DNA of 64,000 nt from Candidatus Colinaster scatohippi. GTDB taxonomy: Bacteria > Bacillota > Clostridia > Lachnospirales > Lachnospiraceae. The stretch lies in contig JAGHUN010000066.1 of NCBI GenBank assembly GCA_018064805.1, positions 1,680 through 65,679 on the forward strand, given 5' to 3'. This document shows positions 10,413 through 19,348 of this stretch, in pieces (position 1 is the stretch's first letter; every line of letters begins with the position of its first letter). The notes below the pieces were generated by a model. It did not search any database. It had not been told where the DNA came from and saw only the letters and a program-made list of their open reading frames with translations. A program made the translations under genes and the position numbers.

Positions 10413-11544
10413 AATAGAAATTTTCATCCGGAAGTTGTCCTCCTACAGAAGCCGCATCCATTTCATACAGCACCTTCAAATATCCTTCCAGAGCACTCTT
10501 CATCTCATCTCCCGTAAGGCATACAATATTACAGTTAGGAATTGCCATTTTAGCTACCGGCTCTGCCGCTATTATTTCTTCCTCTACTGCAAGTGTCGCT
10601 GCTCTGTCTATATTTGAATTAACCTCATTAACACTTTCATTATGGTCAAAAAGGAAAGCCTTTATTGCCTGTTCATGTTCCTCAAGGAACTTATTATTAA
10701 CAACAGTCACACCTGTAAGCAACCTGCTTCCTGATTCACCCTGTATCTTGTCCCATTCCTCTGTCATACTCATAACAACCTGCAATTTGTTGTTCTTGGT
10801 TATTGCTGCTGTTACAAAAGGCTGCGGTAAAAGACCTATTGCACTTTCATCTTCTGCAAGTACCGCCGCCACTTCTGTTGCCTCTGATTTATATTCAAGT
10901 GTCACCTGTCCTTCGAGCCCATTCTCCTTAAGAATATACTGAAGAACATAATCAGGTGTAGTGCCCTTACCGGTAAGATATACCGTTTTGCCTACGAGTT
11001 CCGCAGGCGAACTGACACTAGTGTCACCTGACACCATATACAATACTCCAAGAGTATTAATATCAATTACCGAAATCTTTCCCTCGGTTTTGTTATAAAG
11101 TACACTTGCAACATTAGCCGGTATAAGTGCAATATCAAGTTCACCCTTTACAAGCATTGTGGTTATCTCATCCGCAGCTGTTGCCATGGTGAATTCGTAA
11201 GATTGGCCTGTCTGTCCATTATTTGCCTTGTCTTTAAGATTAAGAAGACCTATGGATGTCGGTCCCTTGAGACCTCCGACTCTTACAGTTACACCCTCCT
11301 CATACTCAGGCCCCTCTTCCGATTTTACTATTTCTTCCTCAGTCGGTGCAAAAGCAGCCTCTTCGGAAGCACTCACAGCTGTTTCGGAAGAATCACAGGC
11401 ATTTTCCACAGTCGTTTCATCAACTGCCCCAGCCGTACTCTCCTTCGCCTGTCCGCATCCAGCCAGAATAACTGTCAGAGCCATTATGATACTTATCCAA
11501 ACTACTATCTTCTTTTTCATATTCTTTTTCATATTCTTTTTCAT
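10402..11544 (-). CDS. NitT/TauT-type ABC transporter substrate-binding lipoprotein
   Basis: Lipobox LAGC; motifs LKGPTSIG, GKGTTPDY, LLPQPFVT. Start moved to MKKNMKK (GGAG upstream) because the longer ORF start lies inside a terminator. Confidence 0.85.
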   Translation of the reverse strand: MKKNMKKNMKKKIVVWISIIMALTVILAGCGQAKESTAGAVDETTVENACDSSETAVSASEEAAFAPTEEEIVKSEEGPEYEEGVTVRVGGLKGPTSIGLLNLKDKANNGQTGQSYEFTMATAADEITTMLVKGELDIALIPANVASVLYNKTEGKISVIDINTLGVLYMVSGDTSVSSPAELVGKTVYLTGKGTTPDYVLQYILKENGLEGQVTLEYKSEATEVAAVLAEDESAIGLLPQPFVTAAITKNNKLQVVMSMTEEWDKIQGESGSRLLTGVTVVNNKFLEEHEQAIKAFLFDHNESVNEVNSNIDRAATLAVEEEIIAAEPVAKMAIPNCNIVCLTGDEMKSALEGYLKVLYEMDAASVGGQLPDENFYYVR

Positions 11545-11610
11545 AATCTTCTCCACATGCATTGACAGGATAAACTTTTCAAATCCTGCTCTGATTATCG
11601 CCCATATAAT

Positions 11611-11648
11611 AGTAAAAAAGCGCAAAGGTATCCCTGCGCTTTTTTACT
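11611..11648. terminator. Intrinsic terminator after the zinc-ribbon gene
   Basis: AGTAAAAAAGCGCA...TGCGCTTTTTTACT inverted repeat. Confidence 0.75.
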
Positions 11649-11738
11649 CCTATCCTCAATAATTTCAGATATGGTCTTCCTACGCAGAACGAATCTTTGT
11701 AAATCAGTACCTACATTATTAATATCAAATCGGTAATA

Positions 11739-12431
11739 TCAGCATTCCGCATCCTTCCAAAGGAAGGTAAGCACTCCACCTGCTATTGCAATAAGCAGTC
11801 CAAGTATTATAAAGAATACACCGGCACCCGTATCACCAATTCCATCTGCAGCATCCTTAACTTTAGCGAGATCATATACTGTAATAAGGAAGCTGATACC
11901 ACTTGGAATTACAGACCATTTTTTAAACTTTCCACCCGGGATAACAGCAAGTGCAATCGCAATAATACAAAGCACAATAACACCGACCCCATCTCCCTCA
12001 GCAAAGGACATCGACTCTGTATATCCAAAAAGTGACACCTTATAAAATGGCATGAAGCATCCGATTGCTGCAAGCACCGAACCTACTACTGCTGCAAGCA
12101 TTGTAATCATCTTGTGGTTAGCAAGAATTGAAGACATCTGGCCGCTCATCTGATATGCACCCATTGGGTTCTGATAGCCTGCCTGGCCATTCATCTGGTT
12201 TTGATAGCCCTGGCCATATGCTCCCTGATTCTGGTATCCCATCTGATTCTGATAGCCTGCCTGGCCATTCATCTGATTCTGATAGCCTGCCTGGCCATTC
12301 ATCTGATTCGGATAGCCTGCCTGGCCATTCATCTGACCACTCTGAATTCTCGGATCCACTATAGTATTCCCGCAATTAGGACATACCGTCTGCCCATCCA
12401 TTACCTGGGTTCCACATTTGTTACAAAACAT
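11739..12431 (-). CDS. Zinc-ribbon membrane protein with Q/G/N/M-rich repeats
   Basis: MFCNKCG...CPNCG zinc ribbon, repeated NQMNGQAGY, about 4 C-terminal TM helices. Confidence 0.85.
   Translation of the reverse strand: MFCNKCGTQVMDGQTVCPNCGNTIVDPRIQSGQMNGQAGYPNQMNGQAGYQNQMNGQAGYQNQMGYQNQGAYGQGYQNQMNGQAGYQNPMGAYQMSGQMSSILANHKMITMLAAVVGSVLAAIGCFMPFYKVSLFGYTESMSFAEGDGVGVIVLCIIAIALAVIPGGKFKKWSVIPSGISFLITVYDLAKVKDAADGIGDTGAGVFFIILGLLIAIAGGVLTFLWKDAEC
12171..12336. repeat. 30-bp coding tandem repeat (about 4 good copies plus degenerate ones)
   Basis: Unit CTGATAGCCTGCCTGGCCATTCATCTGATT, encoding NQMNGQAGYQ on the minus strand. Confidence 0.9.
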
Positions 12432-12480
12432 CTTCTCCCTCCTTAATCACATAAAATAGTAATATTAATAAACATCCTTA

Positions 12481-12921
12481 TCATAAACTAAGATTGGAAT
12501 TATGGTATGCCGGATTGTCCGTAACATCCTCAGCAAACCATTCCGGTGCGACAAAGCTGTTCGCTTCCTCAATGCTCTCAAACTCAACCTCTGCCATAGT
12601 CAGTGGTGCCAAATCTCCCTCAAATATATCGAGTTCAATTGTATACTTCCCATAGGGTATTAAATATCTCTTTTTAGCAACAACCTTACCCTCAGCTTTT
12701 GGCAAGAGATTATCGAATGACTCTTTATTAAGCGGAAGGTTGTATTCCTCTCTTTCAAGCAACCCCTTCCCCTTATATGTAAAATAATAATTGTCATCCT
12801 GTTTTCTGATTCGCAATACCGGATTGCGGTTAAGATAAGCCTGAACTATTAAATGATATCTATAACTGCTAAGTTCAGGTAACTCCTTCACCAAAAATTT
12901 TCTTTCTATTTCTTTACCCAT
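12481..12921 (-). CDS. CYTH-domain (triphosphate tunnel) protein
   Basis: EIERKFLV, LRIRK, REEYN, KKRY, ELDIF, AEVEF motifs. Confidence 0.9.
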   Translation of the reverse strand: MGKEIERKFLVKELPELSSYRYHLIVQAYLNRNPVLRIRKQDDNYYFTYKGKGLLEREEYNLPLNKESFDNLLPKAEGKVVAKKRYLIPYGKYTIELDIFEGDLAPLTMAEVEFESIEEANSFVAPEWFAEDVTDNPAYHNSNLSL

Positions 12922-12946
12922 ACTATTCCCTTTTTATGCCGCCATA

Positions 12947-13993
12947 TTACTTTCTCGCACATACAGATTCCCTAAGCACCAGTTCGCCTCCAAACACCCT
13001 GTGCTGATTCTGCTTGCGCCCTTCAATAAGATCAAAAAGTAACACACTAGACGCGTCTGCAATTTCTTCAGCAGGCTGCTTAAGCGTTGTTAATGAAGGA
13101 TTAGAATATCTTCCAAGATCTATACCATCAAATCCTACTACCGATATATCTTCCGGCACTCTGAGTCCGGCATCCTTAATTGCCCTGCACGCACCAATTG
13201 CCAATACATCAGAAATAGCAAATACAGCCGTTATTTTCGTTCCTTTTTTAAGAAACGAACGCATATTTTCATATCCATTAGCAAAACTGTAATATTCTAT
13301 CTCATCTTTCATGGTAAGAATCAGTTCTTCTCTTACATCTATGCCCGCTTCTTCAAGTGCTCTCTTATAACCATTAGCTCTAAGCTGTCCGACTGACATA
13401 CTATCACGTTCACCGGAAAGAATAGCAATATCACGATGTCCCTGGTCTATAAGATACTTTGTAACCTTATAACCTTCCTCCTCATCATCAACAGTATATG
13501 AGGAATAAATCTCCTTATTCAACGTCTCCGGAATGCAGCCTGCAGATACAAGTACAAAAGGAATATTAAGTATTGAAAGCTTATCTTCAGAATGACTAAA
13601 ATATCCTCCAAGAAAAATAATACCCCTAAGCCTCTTTTCCTTAATAAGCTCAAGAGCTATATCTACTTCATCTTCCCCATATTCAACATGACGAAGTTCT
13701 ACTGAATACTTCCTTTTCTGTGCCTCGTCTTCAATAACCCTTATCATACTGGTAAAGAATGGATTAGCAATACCTTTTACTAAAATGGCTATGGTAGTTG
13801 CATCCACACGCTTGAGATTTCTTGCACTATTATTAGGTACATAACCATATTTTTTAATTGTGTCAAGAATAAGCGTTTTGGTTTCCGGATTAATATCCTG
13901 ATGATCATTTATCGCCCTGGAAACAGTACTCACTCCTACTCCACAGATTCTTGCTATATCTTTAATTGTAATAATTTCATTAGAGTTGTTCAT
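12947..13993 (-). CDS. LacI-family transcriptional regulator (probable maltodextrin repressor)
   Basis: TIKDIARICGVGVSTVSRAIN HTH, YVPNNSARNL hinge, VPEDISVVGFD. Start trimmed to MNNSNE. Confidence 0.93.
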   Translation of the reverse strand: MNNSNEIITIKDIARICGVGVSTVSRAINDHQDINPETKTLILDTIKKYGYVPNNSARNLKRVDATTIAILVKGIANPFFTSMIRVIEDEAQKRKYSVELRHVEYGEDEVDIALELIKEKRLRGIIFLGGYFSHSEDKLSILNIPFVLVSAGCIPETLNKEIYSSYTVDDEEEGYKVTKYLIDQGHRDIAILSGERDSMSVGQLRANGYKRALEEAGIDVREELILTMKDEIEYYSFANGYENMRSFLKKGTKITAVFAISDVLAIGACRAIKDAGLRVPEDISVVGFDGIDLGRYSNPSLTTLKQPAEEIADASSVLLFDLIEGRKQNQHRVFGGELVLRESVCARK

Positions 13994-14021
13994 TTTTTTC
14001 CTGATAAAAAAGACCGACCAT

Positions 14022-14160
14022 CTCGTTGCCATAACATAGGTGAAACGCGCTTTGCGAGTTTCACCATGATTAGCAGTCGTCAAATGCATATGAGCAAGCT
14101 CATGCATTTTCCTCGTTGCCATAACAAAACCAAAGCGTGCGGTTACTCCCCGCACGCTTT
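14022..14160. repeat. Structured intergenic element: 15-bp direct repeats flanking two hairpins, plus a third GC-rich hairpin
   Basis: CTCGTTGCCATAACA at 14022-14036 and 14112-14126; hairpins at 14039-14065, 14082-14109 and 14132-14160. Confidence 0.7.
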
Positions 14161-14197
14161 AGTTTACTATGGTATCAATGTTTTCGCAACATTTAGC

Positions 14198-15673
14198 CTA
14201 CAGACGTCCGAACATTTTAGTATACTTATACATACGCTTTGCAAGTTCGTCTGTCATGGCATCCTTTTTCATTCTCCATTTCCAGTTAGTACCAAGTGTA
14301 GATGGCACATTCATTCTTGCTTCTCCACCAAGCTCGAGATAATCCTGCATTGGAATAATTGCTGTATCAGCAACACTTCCAAGTGCAGCGCGAATCATCT
14401 TGTCACATACTTCCTTAGGACTCTTAATTCCAAGATATCTTCTTGCAAAGCTCTTATCCTTACGCTTCATCGTATTGTACCAGCCAACAACTGTATCATT
14501 GTCATGCGTTCCTGTATATACAACACAGTTTCTGTCATAATTGTATGGAAGATAATCGCTCTCTTCTCTTGAATCAAATGCAAACTGAAGTATCTTCATA
14601 CCCGGATATTTTGTTTTCTTAACAAGCTTAATAACTGAATCTGTAAGGAAACCTAAATCTTCTGCAATAACGTCCTTATTTCCAAGTTCGGCCTTCATAA
14701 CTCTGAACAGATCATAACCTGGCCCCGGACACCATTCTCCATCACGGGCATCTGGCATACCGTACTTGATTGTAAAGTACTCGTCAAATCCTCTAAAATG
14801 ATCAATGCGTACAACATCATATAACTTATAGCAGTACGCGATACGTCTCATCCACCACTCATAATTAGTCTTTTTATGATAATCCCAGTCATAAATTGGA
14901 TTACCCCATAACTGACCAAGTGCTGTAAAAGCATCTGGTGGACATCCTGCAACAACTATAGGATTACACTGATCGTCTAATTTAAATAATTCCGGATTAG
15001 CCCATGTATCTGCGCTATCCATCGCAACATAGATTGGAATATCTCCGATTATTTCGATATTCTTTTTATTAGCATATTCCTTAAGAGCAAACCACTGCTT
15101 ACAGAAATAATACTGCTGGAAGCAGTAGAAGTCATATTCTTCCTTAAGTTCTTTTTTATACTTAGCAAGTGCTGATGGTTTGCGAAGCTTGATATCATCT
15201 TCCCATTCAGTCCAGGCCATTCCACCCTTTGAATCCTTAACTGCCATATAGAGAGCATAGCCATCCAGCCAGTATTCATTCTCTGAGAAGAATTTTTTGA
15301 AATCAGCATCTGCTGTGATATTGCTCTTCTTAAATGCCTTACGTAAAAGGGCAAATCTGGTCTTAAATACTCTCTCATAATCCACATATTCAGGATTGTC
15401 ATATAGAGGGTCAATGCATTCCTTTTCTGTAAGCCAACCCTTTTCTATAAAAACCTCAAGATCAATATAGTAAGGATTACCTGCAAAGGTCGAGAAGGAC
15501 TGATATGGCGAATCACCATATCCTGTTGGCCCAAGCGGAAGAATCTGCCATAGGCGCTGACCTCCCTTAGCTAAAAAATCCACAAATTCATATGCTTCTT
15601 TTGTAAAGCCACCAATTCCATACTTTGAAGGTATACTGGAAATCGCCAGCAAAACACCACTACGTCTTTTCAT
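14198..15673 (-). CDS. malQ: 4-alpha-glucanotransferase (amylomaltase, GH77)
   Basis: WQILPLGPTGYGDSPY, GQLWGNP, RIDHFRGF, IAEDLG, YTGTHDNDT. Confidence 0.96.
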   Translation of the reverse strand: MKRRSGVLLAISSIPSKYGIGGFTKEAYEFVDFLAKGGQRLWQILPLGPTGYGDSPYQSFSTFAGNPYYIDLEVFIEKGWLTEKECIDPLYDNPEYVDYERVFKTRFALLRKAFKKSNITADADFKKFFSENEYWLDGYALYMAVKDSKGGMAWTEWEDDIKLRKPSALAKYKKELKEEYDFYCFQQYYFCKQWFALKEYANKKNIEIIGDIPIYVAMDSADTWANPELFKLDDQCNPIVVAGCPPDAFTALGQLWGNPIYDWDYHKKTNYEWWMRRIAYCYKLYDVVRIDHFRGFDEYFTIKYGMPDARDGEWCPGPGYDLFRVMKAELGNKDVIAEDLGFLTDSVIKLVKKTKYPGMKILQFAFDSREESDYLPYNYDRNCVVYTGTHDNDTVVGWYNTMKRKDKSFARRYLGIKSPKEVCDKMIRAALGSVADTAIIPMQDYLELGGEARMNVPSTLGTNWKWRMKKDAMTDELAKRMYKYTKMFGRL

Positions 15674-15690
15674 TTTTTTCACCTCAATTA

Positions 15691-16533
15691 CTAGCCCTTA
15701 ACCGCTCCGGCTAATACTCCATCTATAATATATTTCTGAAGACAGATGTAAATAATAATAATCGGTAATACAGTCATCATAATACAGGCCATCATTGGTC
15801 CCATCGCAACATGACCATAGCTTCCCTTGAAATACTGAATAAGTATTGGGATAGTTGTATATTTTTTTCTGTCAAGCACCAGATATGGAAGAAGGTAATC
15901 ATTCCATAACCACATTGTCTCAAGAATACATACCGAAATAAATGTTGGTTTTAAAATAGGCAGAATAACAAGCACAAATGTCTGGATAGGATTACATCCG
16001 TCAATCATAGCTGCTTCTTCTATTTCAAGCGGTATTGACTTCATAAATCCAGTAAACATGAACACTGCAAGTCCTGCACCGAATCCAAGATATATTACAC
16101 ATATATTGAACGGTGTGTCAAGATTAAGTCTGTCTGCCGTTGATGATAATGTAAACATTAACATCTGGAATGGTACAACCATGGAAAAAACAAACAGTCC
16201 ATAGCAAACTTTTGATAACAGATTATTCACTCTTGTAATATACCACGCACACATTGATGTGCAAATAAGAATCAGTACAACTGATGTTACTGTAATAACA
16301 AGACTATAGCCGAACGCACGCGCAAATCCCTGCGAAGTAAGCGCTTCTACATAGTTAGAAAAACCGGCAAAGCTCTCCGCTCCAGGCAGTTTGAATACTG
16401 TATTAGTGCTAATAAACTTATCAAGCTTGAATGAATTAATAAGTATCATTACTACCGGATACACCCAAAAGAGGGCAAGTGCAGTAAATAATATGGTCAA
16501 TAAAGTTTTTGAAATGCTTTTCTTTTCTTTCAT
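15691..16533 (-). CDS. Carbohydrate ABC transporter permease (MalG-type)
   Basis: Six TM segments, EAA motif EEAAMIDG, WNDYLLP, GAVKG C-terminus. Confidence 0.93.
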   Translation of the reverse strand: MKEKKSISKTLLTILFTALALFWVYPVVMILINSFKLDKFISTNTVFKLPGAESFAGFSNYVEALTSQGFARAFGYSLVITVTSVVLILICTSMCAWYITRVNNLLSKVCYGLFVFSMVVPFQMLMFTLSSTADRLNLDTPFNICVIYLGFGAGLAVFMFTGFMKSIPLEIEEAAMIDGCNPIQTFVLVILPILKPTFISVCILETMWLWNDYLLPYLVLDRKKYTTIPILIQYFKGSYGHVAMGPMMACIMMTVLPIIIIYICLQKYIIDGVLAGAVKG

Positions 16534-17384
16534 TACTGCTGTACCTCCCTTGACTTGGTAGCCTTAAGCTGAACAAGTGAAATCATAATAACCATCAGAC
16601 AGAAAATAACTGACTTAGCCTGGCCATAACCCTTCCACTGAGGGCCTGTTCTACTATAGAACGTATTATAAATATTAAGTGCCATCATTTCAGAAGCATG
16701 TGCAGGTTCACCACCTGTAAGAGCAAGGTTCTGATCAAACAGCTTAAATCCATTAGTAATTGTTAAGAATGTACATATTGTAATAGAAGGCATTACATTA
16801 GGAATCTTAACCCTGAAAAGTATCTGAAGATTAGTTGCTCCATCAATCTTGGCCGCTTCCAGGTAATCCTTAGGAATTGACTGAAGACCTGCAATATAAA
16901 TAATCATCATATATCCTATCTGTTGCCAACAGAGAAGAATAATCAATCCCCAGAAACCTAATGTCGCATCAAGTGCTAAAAGTGGCTGCTCAAGTAAAGA
17001 CAGCACACAGTTTAAAAGTATCTGCCAGATGTATCCAAGAACGATACCACCAATAAGGTTAGGCATAAAGAATACAGTTCTGAAAATATTAGATCCCTTA
17101 ATCTTACTTGTAAGAGCAAGCGCTATGGAAAAAGCCAGTACGTTAATCAGCAGTGTTGAACAGATTGTAAAGGCTGTGGTAAATCCAAACGAATGCCAGA
17201 ATGCCCCATCTGTAAGGGCATATATGTAATTCTTAAAGCCAACAAATGAGGCTTTCTTAATTGTTGTAAATTTGCAAAATGATAAATACAGACCCTGGCA
17301 GAATGGATATAAAAATCCGATACAAAATGCTGCTAAAGTTGGCAGAACAAAAACTGGCCAGTATTTCTTAATGGCTCTTTCCAT
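16533..17384 (-). CDS. Carbohydrate ABC transporter permease (MalF-type)
   Basis: FRTVFFMP, IYIAGLQSIP, EAAKIDGA. Start set at MERAIKK behind GGAG. Confidence 0.93.
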   Translation of the reverse strand: MERAIKKYWPVFVLPTLAAFCIGFLYPFCQGLYLSFCKFTTIKKASFVGFKNYIYALTDGAFWHSFGFTTAFTICSTLLINVLAFSIALALTSKIKGSNIFRTVFFMPNLIGGIVLGYIWQILLNCVLSLLEQPLLALDATLGFWGLIILLCWQQIGYMMIIYIAGLQSIPKDYLEAAKIDGATNLQILFRVKIPNVMPSITICTFLTITNGFKLFDQNLALTGGEPAHASEMMALNIYNTFYSRTGPQWKGYGQAKSVIFCLMVIMISLVQLKATKSREVQQ

Positions 17385-17429
17385 AAGGCTTCTCCTTTTT
17401 TCCAAAACCCTGGTTGATTTCAAAAGAAA

Positions 17430-17456
17430 AGAGGGCGCATATTTCATACGCCCTCT
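17430..17456 (-). terminator. Intra-operon stem-loop after the binding-protein gene
   Basis: AGAGGGCG...CGCCCTCT followed on the minus strand by TTTTCTTTT; such hairpins commonly raise SBP mRNA relative to permeases. Confidence 0.6.
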
Positions 17457-17489
17457 ATGTAACTACTTTAAGATAATATTACCACTATC

Positions 17490-18833
17490 TTACTTTAATG
17501 CATACTCTGATGCCCATCCATCAACGAATGCTGCAACTACATCATCCCATGAACCTGTACCTGCTGCATATGCTGTAAGTGCTGAACCTACACCGTTCTT
17601 CCACTCTTCTGAAGGCATTGTTGTGAAGTTCCAAGAAACAGGTGTCTTACCAGCTGCTGTGTAATCTCTGTCATTAAGAACGAAGAGGTTTGTTGTATCC
17701 TGAGCGTTCTTGAAAGGAATTACACCAATTGTATCAGCAAGCATCTTTGTTCCTTCTTCAGATGTAACCATCCATGTAAGGAAGTCGATTGTAGCCTGGA
17801 TATCTTCTTCTGAAGCTTCAGCATTTACACACCAGTAGTTCTCTGTACCTGTACAAAGACCCTGATTAGCCTCATCACCAGCACCTGTGTAGATTGGAAT
17901 CATAGCGAGCTGATCATCTGTCATGCCCTTACCTGTAAGGTTAGCATACTCCCATGAACCATTCTGGTAGAATACAGCCTGTCCATCAGCAAACTCGTTC
18001 TCAGCATCATCACCTGTCTTGCTGGCAAGATCAGCTGGAGCGCATGTTGCATTATTAATGTAAAGATCCCATACATTCTTGTAGTTATCAAGGAATGAAC
18101 CCTTGATTGTGTCTGTTGTATCAATTCCATCTGCCTGATACTCGAAGTAGATTGGAAGGTTAGCAAGGTGAGTCTTGAATCTCCAGTCTGAAGAGCCATC
18201 CATACCTGCTGAAGTGAATGCTGCAAATCCAAGCTCTGAAGAACGAGCTGTGATATCCTCAGCAACCTTCTTAAGATCATCAAAAGACTTAATGTCATCT
18301 ACTGTGTAACCAGCCTGTGAAAGAAGTTCAACATTAGTGATGATACCGTAAGACTCGATTACGTAAGCAATACCCTTAACCTCATCTCCATCATAAAGAG
18401 CGAATGAATCGCTTGTAAGTTCATTGTAAAGTGAAGAACCCTTGAGGTCGTAGCAGTAATCTGTCCAGTTAGCAAGACCTACAGGACCGTTAACCTGGAA
18501 TAATGTAGGAGCTTCGTCCTTAATGATTTCTGCTGAAAGTGTCTCTTCATATGTTCCTGATGCTGCTGTAACTACTGTTACAGGAACACCTGTCTGATCT
18601 GTATAAGACTTAGCAATTGCCTGCCAAGCTTCATCAGCTTCCGGCTTGAAGTTGAGGTAGTAAACCTGACCTTCACCTGTTGCTGCAGGAGCTGCTGCCT
18701 CTGCACCATCTGCTGTAGCTGCTGAATCTGCTGCAGGAGCTGCTGTTTCTGTTGTTGCTGATGAACCACATCCAACAAGGAGGGCTGAAACCATTGCAAC
18801 ACTAAGTACTGCGCTTAAGATTTTCTTTTTCAT
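17490..18833 (-). CDS. Carbohydrate ABC transporter substrate-binding lipoprotein (probably maltodextrin)
   Basis: Lipobox LVGC, Ala/Thr linker, YYLNFKPE; operon with malQ and two permeases. Confidence 0.9.
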   Translation of the reverse strand: MKKKILSAVLSVAMVSALLVGCGSSATTETAAPAADSAATADGAEAAAPAATGEGQVYYLNFKPEADEAWQAIAKSYTDQTGVPVTVVTAASGTYEETLSAEIIKDEAPTLFQVNGPVGLANWTDYCYDLKGSSLYNELTSDSFALYDGDEVKGIAYVIESYGIITNVELLSQAGYTVDDIKSFDDLKKVAEDITARSSELGFAAFTSAGMDGSSDWRFKTHLANLPIYFEYQADGIDTTDTIKGSFLDNYKNVWDLYINNATCAPADLASKTGDDAENEFADGQAVFYQNGSWEYANLTGKGMTDDQLAMIPIYTGAGDEANQGLCTGTENYWCVNAEASEEDIQATIDFLTWMVTSEEGTKMLADTIGVIPFKNAQDTTNLFVLNDRDYTAAGKTPVSWNFTTMPSEEWKNGVGSALTAYAAGTGSWDDVVAAFVDGWASEYALK

Positions 18834-18920
18834 TTTTTCTCCCTTTCATGAATAAAGTGTGTAAGTTAATTATTAACGGAAGACCGCTTTAGAACTTTCT
18901 CTTTTCTCCGTCTACTTGTT

Positions 18921-18956
18921 GGTACCGTTCTCGGTATCGTTATCGGTATCGTTTCC
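18921..18956. promoter_or_regulatory. Three abutting 12-bp LacI-type operator-like sites
   Basis: GGTACCGTTCTC, GGTATCGTTATC, GGTATCGTTTCC; each is a pseudo-palindrome with a central CG, located just downstream of the predicted promoter. Confidence 0.65.
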
Positions 18957-18965
18957 GTTAATGAG

Positions 18966-18994
18966 ATACTACCACTCTACCGAACTATATGCAA
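18966..18994 (-). promoter_or_regulatory. Putative sigma-A promoter of the sugar ABC/malQ operon
   Basis: Minus strand TTGCAT, 17 nt spacer, TAGTAT with an upstream TG (extended -10). Confidence 0.6.
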
Positions 18995-19195
18995 TAGGTA
19001 AAATGTTTTTTCGGCATTTTACTAAACTTTACGAAACTTATTTTGTGCATTTTATACAAGCATTTTGTATAGACGTTTTTTCAAGTCTTTTTTCAAGGAT
19101 TTTGTACGGGTGCTTTCTCAGACAAGTCATCAAAAGCAAATATACATATGAAATTTTCTTTTTTCCTTTGTATTTACTAATGAAACATGTCAAAA

Positions 19196-19236
19196 AAAAC
19201 AAAGATTACTGCCAACCCGACAATAATCTTTGTTTT
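19196..19236 (-). terminator. Intrinsic terminator downstream of the DUF853 gene
   Basis: AAAACAAAGATTA...TAATCTTTGTTTT inverted repeat with a long T-tract on the minus strand. Confidence 0.6.
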
Positions 19237-19348
19237 CTATGTTACATAACAATTCGTCCTACCTGATACCACATCATAATCAAATAGTCACACCATCAAA
19301 TAGCCGCATAATCGAATAGTCACACTATCATATGGTAAACCTATTATT

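Noticed and set aside
13994-14155. 54-aa N-terminal extension of the LacI ORF
   Set aside because: It runs through the hairpin and direct-repeat element; the HTH begins right after the Met at 13993.
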